A DNA stretch of 64,000 nucleotides. Origin: a virus. Each line of letters opens with the position of its first letter. Positions within the stretch are counted from its first letter, which is position 1. This document shows, piece after piece, positions 43,564-51,515 of the stretch. The stretch lies in IMG/VR virus record IMGVR_UViG_3300045988_176686; one strand, written 5' to 3'. The notes beneath the pieces were generated by a model. It did no database searches and was not told where the DNA came from. It saw only the letters and a list, made by a program, of their open reading frames with translations. A program made the position numbers and the translations under genes.

Positions 43564-44085
43564 CTATCTCTCGTTTACCGCTGCCAAACGTCTGCGGTAA
43601 AATTCCTTTTCTTCAATCGGGGTAAGTGTGATGTCGGCTGACCGATAAGGCACCTCTATATACCACAATCCATGATGAAGGAATATGATGGGCGTTTCGT
43701 TTCCAAAGGTGTACATAGGCAACTGACCTTCTTTTTTGTTATCGTGAACAAAACGAAGAATGCCAATCAATTCCGTTTCGCTCACCACCGGAAGATTATA
43801 CATCTCTTTTTCAAAATGTGTGTTCGATTCGGGATAGAAAAAAGCTCGTCCATCGGGTGTAACCACTTTTTCCCAACCCTCTTTCGACAAGGTGTTGTTA
43901 AACTCCACAGCAACTACACCACCTGCCATGCCGTTAGGCGACTCGTAATAGTGGTCGGCACCAATCTTTTCTGCCCACTGACGGGCTTGTTCTTCGGCAG
44001 CTGCGCATTTATTCATAAACGCTTGCAAACGCTTGCCTGTTTCGCTCTCGGTTGTTACCGAATAGTAATACTTTACTTTTTTCAT
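43564..44085 (-). CDS. hypothetical protein
   Basis: 173-aa ORF. Confidence 0.6.
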   Translation of the reverse strand: MKKVKYYYSVTTESETGKRLQAFMNKCAAAEEQARQWAEKIGADHYYESPNGMAGGVVAVEFNNTLSKEGWEKVVTPDGRAFFYPESNTHFEKEMYNLPVVSETELIGILRFVHDNKKEGQLPMYTFGNETPIIFLHHGLWYIEVPYRSADITLTPIEEKEFYRRRLAAVNER

Positions 44086-44109
44086 GAAGCTCTATTATTT
44101 TAAAAAAAA

Positions 44110-44409
44110 CTATTTAGCTCGACAATAAATGACGGGTTCTCCGCATTCGTCATTACGCATTTTAAAACCGCGCATTTCAAGTTCTTGCAGGTAGAGCGAC
44201 AAGGGGTCGCCCAACGGACAAACCACGGCTTTAAAATAAGTGCGTAATTGGTAATCGGTAAACACATCGCAATCTTCCGTCCAATGGTCCTGCGGTTTGT
44301 ACTGATTGCAAAATGCTTGTATTTTAGATGGAATTACAAAGTCTTGCAGCGTAACCTCTGCTTTTTCGCTGACTTCATAATCTTGTTGGTGTCTCTTGCT
44401 CATAATCAC
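44110..44409 (-). CDS. hypothetical protein
   Basis: 99-aa ORF. Its start codon shares 1 nt with the stop codon of the upstream lipoprotein gene. Confidence 0.55.
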   Translation of the reverse strand: MIMSKRHQQDYEVSEKAEVTLQDFVIPSKIQAFCNQYKPQDHWTEDCDVFTDYQLRTYFKAVVCPLGDPLSLYLQELEMRGFKMRNDECGEPVIYCRAK

Positions 44410-44996
44410 TAATGTTTTTTGTCATACTGAAAAGCCCATATCAACAAGCAAAAGAACACGACCATTAAAAGGATTCCCTTTGCTCTCCCCCACCCTATTA
44501 TTGGTTTTATGTTCGAGGTGTTTTTTTCAGCAACATTGTTGATACTATCATGCTTCGTCAGGGACTTTTCGTTGGCATTTAAATTGTTTTTTCTTTCACG
44601 GCTCAAACTGTCTATGTATTGTTTCAATGATTGTACTTGATGAAGGAACGAGCCATCAACTTGTGCTTGTTTGGCACGATTACCCTTGCGCTGAATGGTG
44701 CGATTAGTCTTGATGGTTTTATTACCCTCAGTGTCGTAGGTTTCGGTAATTTGCTCCGTAATGGTTTCTTCGCTTGTGTCGGTTTCGCAAACGTCTGCCG
44801 AAAAATGTGTGCTATCGGTTAGGGTGGTGGTTGTGGAACCTTTCTGCACCTCTACCACCTTTGCGCTATCGGCAATAGACAAGGAGGTGCTATCCTCAGT
44901 AACGGTTGACACATGATGCTCTGTTGTGCGTGATGAAACACAAGCAGTGAATAAAAAGACGGACAATAACGTCAAGAATGAAATTGTTTTGTACAT
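44409..44996 (-). CDS. putative lipoprotein with a C-terminal TM helix
   Basis: MYKTISFLTLLSVFLFTAC is a signal peptide with a lipobox Cys. The middle is Ser/Thr-rich. The C-terminal helix is GILLMVVFFCLLIWAF. Confidence 0.65.
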   Translation of the reverse strand: MYKTISFLTLLSVFLFTACVSSRTTEHHVSTVTEDSTSLSIADSAKVVEVQKGSTTTTLTDSTHFSADVCETDTSEETITEQITETYDTEGNKTIKTNRTIQRKGNRAKQAQVDGSFLHQVQSLKQYIDSLSRERKNNLNANEKSLTKHDSINNVAEKNTSNIKPIIGWGRAKGILLMVVFFCLLIWAFQYDKKH

Positions 44997-45021
44997 ATTC
45001 GTTTTGTTTTAAATGATAGGG

Positions 45022-45029
45022 CAAAAATA
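45022..45029 (-). promoter_or_regulatory. Bacteroidota-type -7 box (TATTTTTG on the minus strand)
   Basis: Plus strand reads CAAAAATA, about 26 nt upstream of the ATG at 44996. Confidence 0.4.
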
Positions 45030-45064
45030 AGGCATTCATGGCGAAGGGTACGGACAAACACAAA

Positions 45065-45096
45065 ACACCGCACTACCCTTGCGGATAATGCGGTGT
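45065..45096 (-). terminator. rho-independent terminator
   Basis: The minus strand reads ACACCGCA-16 nt-TGCGGTGT followed by TTTTGTGTTTG, downstream of the stop at 45122. Confidence 0.6.
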
Positions 45097-45121
45097 AATT
45101 GAAAAGAACAGATTTTATTCG

Positions 45122-45922
45122 TTATTTTTTACGCCAGCCCCAACCCCTTTGTGCGTTCTCCTCAGAGAAAAACTCTATCGAATCATCATTTCGCACATAA
45201 ATGAATGAATGCTGCTGCGTGTTGGGATGAAGGAAATGGGTAAAGGTTACATGCCCATTCTTTGTTGTATAAGTGGTTGTAAAGTCTACACCTTCACTCT
45301 CGGCTACGAACCTAACATTTCCTTTTTTATTGAGCGTTATAGTGAAGCCGACGGGTGTATTTTCTCTATAAGCAGTCATTTCCCATGTACCATGTAGGGC
45401 TTTGTCGTGAGCAGATGCGTCGGTGTAGTCTGTAAAAGTGCGTTTTTTAGCCCCATATTCTTCAGTATGTTCCAAATAGTGGGTTTCACCAATAGAATCC
45501 GTACAGGTTACTCGGTCTACATTACTCGCAAGATCGGTCACAGTGAGCGTCCCGTAAAGTCGGTTATTTATATTAGGCTCTTTATACGTTCCAACCGTAA
45601 ACGTGGTTAAAAGGTTATCTCCAGCCGTATTCCATGTTCCGAAATAATAAACATTATCGTAAGTAAGCATACCTGAGACTAATTTACCCGAACTACTAAA
45701 ACTCATTACAAGGTGGTTGCGAAAGAATGAATATTGGGTATCAGTTTTATCCATAAAATTGTTTTTAAAAAACCACCGTTTGCCATACAGATAGTTTTCG
45801 ATTGCTATGGGGTTAACACCATTAGCCCCGTCTCCATCGCCACTGCAAGAGGTTAAGCCTACACACAAGCCTATACTTACCAATATGGCCATAGCACTAT
45901 TTATTAGATACTTCCTTGTCAT
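45122..45922 (-). CDS. putative lipoprotein
   Basis: From the ATG at 45922 the protein begins MTRKYLINSAMAILVSIGLCVGLTSCSGDG, a signal peptide with a lipobox. The longer track ORF would overlap the rep gene. Confidence 0.65.
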   Translation of the reverse strand: MTRKYLINSAMAILVSIGLCVGLTSCSGDGDGANGVNPIAIENYLYGKRWFFKNNFMDKTDTQYSFFRNHLVMSFSSSGKLVSGMLTYDNVYYFGTWNTAGDNLLTTFTVGTYKEPNINNRLYGTLTVTDLASNVDRVTCTDSIGETHYLEHTEEYGAKKRTFTDYTDASAHDKALHGTWEMTAYRENTPVGFTITLNKKGNVRFVAESEGVDFTTTYTTKNGHVTFTHFLHPNTQQHSFIYVRNDDSIEFFSEENAQRGWGWRKK

Positions 45923-45944
45923 GTATTTTCTATTTTCAAATGTT

Positions 45945-47138
45945 CTACTTAACACCACGCACTAAAACGCGAGCGGCAGCCTTTCCTATAAAGCTTGCTA
46001 AGGTACGCATCATCTTGTCGTACTCATTTTTGTTTGCAGGCTTTTCGCATTCGGCATTAAAACTTTCGAGCGTCTGTTTATCGTCAAAACGAATTGACAT
46101 AAAACCTGCTGCATTCGCTCCATAATGTTTTGCTTTTAAAAGCCAAGGTTTGAAGAAGCCTTCATATTGCGCTAAGAACTTATTCCACTCATCAGCATAT
46201 TTTCCAGGGTAATCCTCAATAATGGGTTCTTGTCGTTTCTTTTCTTCTTCTTGTTTAGCAAAAAGTGATGATTGATAAGCTTCAGGATTGGTGGCTTTCT
46301 GCATTTCGTCTATTGTGCCGTAGATATTGAAACGAATGAAAGCCGGGTTGCCCACTTTACGTTTGCCATTGTAGACAGGTTCAAAACTTACGCACACATC
46401 AAGCAAACCCTTTCGTTTTAAACGGTTGATGTCATCAATGCTTGTTTCAATTACCTTTTTGCGAAATTGCGAATACTTAGGATAAGCCTCTTTCAGCACA
46501 CGTCCGTCTGCCCAAGTAATCATGCCAAGGTATTCCTTAATTTTGTTTACGGTAAGGTCTACGGTGCGCTTGTTCCATTTATGCCCACTACTTACGCGCA
46601 ACAAATAGTAAATCATGGGCATGCGCTCCACTTCACCAATTAGAGCTATATTGTCGGGATGCGACACATAATCTTGCGACATATCAAACACGCGGTCAAC
46701 CACATCGGGGTTAAGTCCAAACACCACACCTGTATTATTGTCAGACGACATGGAACCTTGCGTAAATACATTGTATTTTATCATCGCATCCTTGCCATTC
46801 TCATCTTTGCCTGGTGCATCTACTTGTATTTTCAACACCTCCTCTACGGCTTTCGCTGCCGAATAGTAATTGTTGATGGAAACACCTAACTCAGCATAGG
46901 AGATACTGAATTGCAAAATACCCGAATTTTTTACAGCTTCAGAAAATAAGCCTCTTGGAACCTTTTTAGATTTGCATAAATCAGATCCAAAAAATTCTTT
47001 GATATAAGGTTGCAAATGTTCTGATACCTTTACCAACACGGCTTGTTGCAAGAGTGTAAGATTTTTGCTGATCCTTGTATAAGAGAATGGCGTGTTTATC
47101 CAATTCGATTGTATTATATCTTTACTATCCATGACCAT
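45945..47138 (-). CDS. plasmid-type replication initiator (Rep_3/RepB-like, tentative)
   Basis: 397 aa. The N-terminal NWINTPFSYTRISKNLTLLQQAVLVKVSEHL resembles the Rep_3 pattern (SNxLxxAxYxLSLxEqRl). The gene directly abuts an iteron array and an AT-rich stretch. Confidence 0.6.
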   Translation of the reverse strand: MVMDSKDIIQSNWINTPFSYTRISKNLTLLQQAVLVKVSEHLQPYIKEFFGSDLCKSKKVPRGLFSEAVKNSGILQFSISYAELGVSINNYYSAAKAVEEVLKIQVDAPGKDENGKDAMIKYNVFTQGSMSSDNNTGVVFGLNPDVVDRVFDMSQDYVSHPDNIALIGEVERMPMIYYLLRVSSGHKWNKRTVDLTVNKIKEYLGMITWADGRVLKEAYPKYSQFRKKVIETSIDDINRLKRKGLLDVCVSFEPVYNGKRKVGNPAFIRFNIYGTIDEMQKATNPEAYQSSLFAKQEEEKKRQEPIIEDYPGKYADEWNKFLAQYEGFFKPWLLKAKHYGANAAGFMSIRFDDKQTLESFNAECEKPANKNEYDKMMRTLASFIGKAAARVLVRGVK

Positions 47139-47153
47139 TTTTGTTTAGTCAGC

Positions 47154-47635
47154 AGGTAAAGTGATACTAAAATAGTTTACCTGCTTAGTACCTATTTAGG
47201 TAAACTGGTACTAAAGTAGTTTACCGCGCAACTTCCTAAACTGTTGATTTTCAGTGATTATACACCCACCTATAATATAAATATAAAGAGAAACATATTT
47301 TTTCCTATATTCTTTATATTAAATAAGAAGGGTAAACTACCTTAGTAAATAGGTAAACTACTTTAGTACCAGTTTACCTGTTTTATTGCATTTGGGTAAA
47401 CTACCTTAGTACCTGTTTACATTTTGCACTTTTAGGTAAACTACTTTAGTAGCAGTTTACCTTACTTATTCTTCTATTAGAAAAACTCATAAGGTAAACT
47501 GCTACTAAAGTAGTTTACCTTACTTATTCTTCTATTAGAAAAACTCATAAGGTAAACTGCTACTAAAGTAGTTTACCTTACTTATTCTTCTATTAGAAAA
47601 ATTCATGAGGTAAACTGCTACTAAAGTAGTTTACC
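47154..47635. repeat. origin-like iteron array (at least 8 copies of a 27-bp dyad iteron, including 3 perfect 58-bp tandem units)
   Basis: GGTAAACTGCTACTAAAGTAGTTTACC and variants occur in both orientations at about 47154, 47198, 47352, 47395, 47435, 47493, 47551 and 47609. The 58-bp units span 47462-47519, 47520-47577 and 47578-47635. An AT-rich block lies at 47270-47330. Confidence 0.85.
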
Positions 47636-47677
47636 TTCTCCATTCGTGTGATTTTCTACGAACGCGATAACAACAAG

Positions 47678-48241
47678 TTAAAGATCATCATAGTTCTTAT
47701 TCTCGCTTTTCTTAAAATTCTCAACATCGCCATAGAACAGACTGATGAGATATTTTCTTTGAAGAATGCCATCTGGTCTTATTAACTTCTGCATAATAAT
47801 GCCTAACATTTTCTTTTCTTCAGCGTCAGGCACATAGAATTGAAAACCTTCTGGATCGCCATCACTATTCTTCAGTACATCAACAACGGCCTTGGAGTAT
47901 TTCTCCTTTAACTGTTTTAGGATGTTAGCAAATGGTGTTTTTGCCAATTCGAGAGAAGAATAATCCATAGAGACTTCCACCGCAAACACGTTTTTGTCTT
48001 TAGGATTAAAGAATATCATGAACTCAGAGTCCTCACCCATGAACAAACCTTTATATATTTTCACGCCAGAAGGAGAAGCCTTTGTTTTAGCTACATCACA
48101 AGTAAGACCTTTAGCTTTCAACTTCTGCGTAAACAACTCTACGTTGCCATTCAAGGGAATGCCCATGAATTTCATGTGTGTCTGTCCTTGCACAATCATG
48201 CAGAACAAAGACAGCAATAAGGTAACTATTGTCTTTTTCAT
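47678..48241 (-). CDS. secreted hypothetical protein
   Basis: From the ATG at 48241 the protein begins MKKTIVTLLLSLFCMIVQGQ, a signal peptide. It is the last gene of the par operon. Confidence 0.6.
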   Translation of the reverse strand: MKKTIVTLLLSLFCMIVQGQTHMKFMGIPLNGNVELFTQKLKAKGLTCDVAKTKASPSGVKIYKGLFMGEDSEFMIFFNPKDKNVFAVEVSMDYSSLELAKTPFANILKQLKEKYSKAVVDVLKNSDGDPEGFQFYVPDAEEKKMLGIIMQKLIRPDGILQRKYLISLFYGDVENFKKSENKNYDDL

Positions 48242-48254
48242 TGTCGTATAGAAT

Positions 48255-48638
48255 TTAGTCGTTCTTATGCTTATCCACGAACTCAATAACTGCTTGCAAT
48301 GCCAAGTCGCGAATAGGTATGCCCGTTCGCATTTTCATGAGCGTAATGCGTTCGTAGTATTCCATGGGGACTGAAATGGTAATGCCGTTCTCAGACTTCT
48401 TAGGACGCGCCTTACTAATTGGTGCAGCGTTTGAAAATGAAGTAGTTTGCGCTGGTGTTGTCTGCTCTTGCTGTGGCTGAACGGGCGCCATTGCTTGCTG
48501 CTGAACATCTGTGGTTGGTTGGGTTACTTGTTGCTCGGTTGCGGTTGTTGGATTATTTAATATACGTTCATTCTCTGCCACAACGGGAGAGGCTTCAAGA
48601 TTGAATGGTGTGAACTTGCGTTCTTGTTTTCGTGCCAT
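48255..48638 (-). CDS. ribbon-helix-helix partition/centromere-binding protein (ParG/ParB-like adaptor, tentative)
   Basis: 127 aa with a disordered Gln/Thr/Pro-rich N-half. The C-terminal ITISVPMEYYERITLMKMRTGIPIRDLALQAVIEFV fits a strand-helix-helix pattern. It lies immediately downstream of parA. Confidence 0.55.
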   Translation of the reverse strand: MARKQERKFTPFNLEASPVVAENERILNNPTTATEQQVTQPTTDVQQQAMAPVQPQQEQTTPAQTTSFSNAAPISKARPKKSENGITISVPMEYYERITLMKMRTGIPIRDLALQAVIEFVDKHKND

Positions 48639-48672
48639 GTCAGTGATTGTTTATAGTCATTATAACGAGTGA

Positions 48673-49545
48673 TTATTCGGGCATGCTTTCAAGTATCTCT
48701 TCTGTAAACTTCTTATAGTCCAGCCCTACCCTACTATAAGGTGCATACGTAAAGATGTCCTCGTTCATAGCCTGCGCTTCTACCATCTTGGTATCTCTGC
48801 GCGTATAGGCATCGAACATGTAGTCATCAAACTTCTCGCCTAAATATTGTTTGAACTGCTTGGTCGCATTGGTTTGGTCGTTACTCATTACCATCAACAA
48901 ACCGCGAATATCAAGGTTAGGATTTAGATCCTCGCGTGTTTCCTTCACTGCATTGATGATTTCAGCAATACCTTTGGTGGCCAGCATCTCCAACTGCACC
49001 GGCAATACCACACTGGTGGCAGCGGTCAGCGCATTGTGTGTGAGCAATGACATGGCCGGAGGACAATCTATCAGCACATAATCAAATGCTTCGGTCACAT
49101 TCATTGTACCTTCATCAGCCAACTCGGTACCTTGCATCTCTATTAAAGGTTTACCCAACAATTTACAAAGTGCTTTGCGTGGCACCGCCATTTGGTTTAG
49201 GAATGGTTCTATGCCTATTAATCGTCCTGATGCCGGAGCAAGGTATATGCCCTCTCGCACTTGATATACGGGGATTTGCCCTTGTTGTACCAGGGCATCA
49301 TACATAGTCGGCTTGCCCATTTGCTGTGTTTCGCTCCAACCAAAGAGGAATGAAGCACACGCCTGTGGGTCAAGGTCGATAATCAATATACGCGGAACGC
49401 GTCTCTTCCCTTCTACGTCTACACCAAAGAAACCTTTACCGAACCGACGTAAACCGGTTGCAAGGTTCTGCACTGTTGTGGTCTTGCCTACCCCACCTTT
49501 GTGGTTGACGAAGGCAAGCACTTCTCTGAGTCTTTCTGTTGCCAT
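48673..49545 (-). CDS. parA: ParA/Soj-type partition ATPase
   Basis: The deviant Walker A is VNHKGGVGKTTTVQNLA, followed by IIDLDPQ and DYVLIDCPP. Confidence 0.9.
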   Translation of the reverse strand: MATERLREVLAFVNHKGGVGKTTTVQNLATGLRRFGKGFFGVDVEGKRRVPRILIIDLDPQACASFLFGWSETQQMGKPTMYDALVQQGQIPVYQVREGIYLAPASGRLIGIEPFLNQMAVPRKALCKLLGKPLIEMQGTELADEGTMNVTEAFDYVLIDCPPAMSLLTHNALTAATSVVLPVQLEMLATKGIAEIINAVKETREDLNPNLDIRGLLMVMSNDQTNATKQFKQYLGEKFDDYMFDAYTRRDTKMVEAQAMNEDIFTYAPYSRVGLDYKKFTEEILESMPE

Positions 49546-49559
49546 AAATCCAAGTATTA

Positions 49560-49875
49560 AAAAGTTTAATTGTTCGTTTGTTCAAATGTTCAAACAAACA
49601 ATTAAACATTTGAACAAACAAATATTCAAACAAATGAATATTTGTTTCTTGCTGCAAATTTAAGATTTGTATATTACACCACAAAACAAAACGTTCATTT
49701 ATTTATATAAACAATCAAATAAACATTAAAACAAATGAACAAATATACGTTTCAACGAACATACAAATAAACAAACGTGTAATTGAATAAATATTTGAAT
49801 GTTCAAACAAACAAATAAACAAATACACAAATGTTCATTTGTTGAAATGTTTGTTTGTTCATTTCAATAAATAAA
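49560..49875. repeat. centromere/operator-like repeat field upstream of parA
   Basis: There are more than 10 copies of TGTTCAAAC / ATGTTCATTTG-type motifs in both orientations. Interleaved inverted repeats include GTTTAATTGTTCGTTTG with CAAACAAACAATTAAAC, and CAAATATTCA with TGAATATTTG. Confidence 0.65.
49655..49662 (-). promoter_or_regulatory. Bacteroidota-type -7 box (TAAATTTG on the minus strand) for the par operon
   Basis: Plus strand reads GCTGCAAATTTAA, the same extended block as at 176-188. It is flanked by the 10-bp inverted repeat CAAATATTCA/TGAATATTTG. Confidence 0.45.
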
Positions 49876-49878
49876 CAT

Positions 49879-50424
49879 TTAATTATTCCATTTGTCGTTT
49901 ACATCAATCGTTATTTTGTCAGTTTGGCTATTTAATAGTTCAGTACGTATAGGCAAAATGCAGTAATTTGTTTTCATTCCAGCCTTCACGATTGTGCCAT
50001 TCGGTACGTACGTGTAGTAGTTTCCCGTGCCGAAAAGTTTTGAGCCTATTTGTGTCTTTCTGTCCGCTGGAGTGTCGTAGCACAGAATGCGTTGCCCACT
50101 TTGCCAATATCCTTCAGGTAGAGAGATATTTCGCAAAACGGCAAAAACTTCTAATTTCGTAGGCATTCTATAATGAGGGTCTTCTATCAGTTTCGATGGA
50201 GTGGGGGAGGTTGAGAGCATGACGTTACATATCTCCGTACAAGACAGGTAAAAGCGAGCTGTATCATTGGTGGCTATCAATGTATCAACCTTTGCAGCAT
50301 CATTACCAGGCAATGAGGGGGTGGTGTCATCTATATCTTTTGGAAAATCCAGCTCTCCACATCCAAACACCGAAAGCAGAATAAAAATAGGATACGAAAA
50401 AAAACAGTGATTATTTTGAGCCAT
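49879..50424 (-). CDS. putative lipoprotein
   Basis: The N-terminal FFSYPIFILLSVFGCGE is a signal peptide with a lipobox Cys. Confidence 0.6.
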   Translation of the reverse strand: MAQNNHCFFSYPIFILLSVFGCGELDFPKDIDDTTPSLPGNDAAKVDTLIATNDTARFYLSCTEICNVMLSTSPTPSKLIEDPHYRMPTKLEVFAVLRNISLPEGYWQSGQRILCYDTPADRKTQIGSKLFGTGNYYTYVPNGTIVKAGMKTNYCILPIRTELLNSQTDKITIDVNDKWNN

Positions 50425-50505
50425 ATAACGTAAAGAATGAAAAAGAGCGCACTGACTATATGATTATGATGGCACTATATAGCCAGTGCAATTCCTTGCA
50501 AATGA

Positions 50506-51462
50506 TTAAATGTTTATGTCATAGCCTGTATCGTCCCAAGCATCATTGAGTGAAATGGAAAAACCTTGATTGTGGTTGTAGAACGATCCGGTAATGGTAG
50601 TTGTCTTGTTACGCTCGAAGTGTACATTCGGTACGGTTATCGATGAATAGGGCGTTCCTGATTTACTGTTGGTGGTAAAAGTAATGTCCGTTGTATAGCC
50701 ATCAGCAGGCACCATCACGTAATAAGTGAGTGTAGTGCCGGTAGTACCAGCTAACGACGAAACGTCCGTGGTACGCTGATTTTTCATGGCGTTCATCACG
50801 TCGAATGTCTGTAAAGAGAAATCTTTATATTCTTGAAATGAAGCGTCCCATGTGCTGCAATCCGTTGGAAAAACATCTGTACTTTTTACAATCATACGAG
50901 CCACTAAACGATCCAGTGTAAGATTTACCATTTGTGCTTCGCCGATCCCCACCACAATGTCACGTTGTGCGCCAAAGGTGTCTGAGGTCTTAGCAGAAGA
51001 AAGGAGGGCAGGGATAGTTGCACCCGAAACAGGTGTAAGCACGTTGGCAGGTAACTCCCATGATGCCGAGGTCGCATCCAATAGAGTAGGGGAGGTGCTT
51101 CGCGTAGCTATCACTTTTAGTGTGTGTTCGCCATAATCGAGCATCAAATCAGGTTCAGCAAAATCTGCTGCCGTGCTCGTTTGGTGCAGCACCTGTAACA
51201 ATTTACCAGACTTCTTGTCGTAGTCCATAATGTAAAGGTCGGTCAACTCTGTGCCATTTGCCGTGAGGGTAGCTCGCGAATGTGGCGCAGCATGGTGCAA
51301 CGTCAATCCATTACTCGTGCCACACTTCAAGCGTACATGCGCTTTGCCGTGGGTAGGCTGATTAGTCACTAACTCTGTAAAAGAGCCTTCGTTGTCGTTT
51401 GAACATGATGCACTCATGCAAAGAGCCATTATTGCAATGACCGCAAAAAATAAATTTCTCAT
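50506..51462 (-). CDS. putative lipoprotein (possibly fimbrillin-like)
   Basis: MRNLFFAVIAIMALCMSASCSNDNEG is a signal peptide with a lipobox. The 318-aa protein is Thr/Ser-rich with beta-type composition. The fimbrillin resemblance is only an impression. Confidence 0.6.
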   Translation of the reverse strand: MRNLFFAVIAIMALCMSASCSNDNEGSFTELVTNQPTHGKAHVRLKCGTSNGLTLHHAAPHSRATLTANGTELTDLYIMDYDKKSGKLLQVLHQTSTAADFAEPDLMLDYGEHTLKVIATRSTSPTLLDATSASWELPANVLTPVSGATIPALLSSAKTSDTFGAQRDIVVGIGEAQMVNLTLDRLVARMIVKSTDVFPTDCSTWDASFQEYKDFSLQTFDVMNAMKNQRTTDVSSLAGTTGTTLTYYVMVPADGYTTDITFTTNSKSGTPYSSITVPNVHFERNKTTTITGSFYNHNQGFSISLNDAWDDTGYDINI

Positions 51463-51515
51463 TGTAATTGTTAGATTAAAAAGATGATGAAAAAGATTTG
51501 TTTACAAAGTTCGTG

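Noticed and set aside
47462-47635. Regularly spaced direct repeats that superficially resemble a small CRISPR array
   Set aside because: The whole 58-bp unit, including the would-be spacer, is identical in all three copies. The repeat is a dyad iteron that also occurs in inverted orientation next to a rep gene, and no cas genes are present. It is an origin iteron array, not a CRISPR array.
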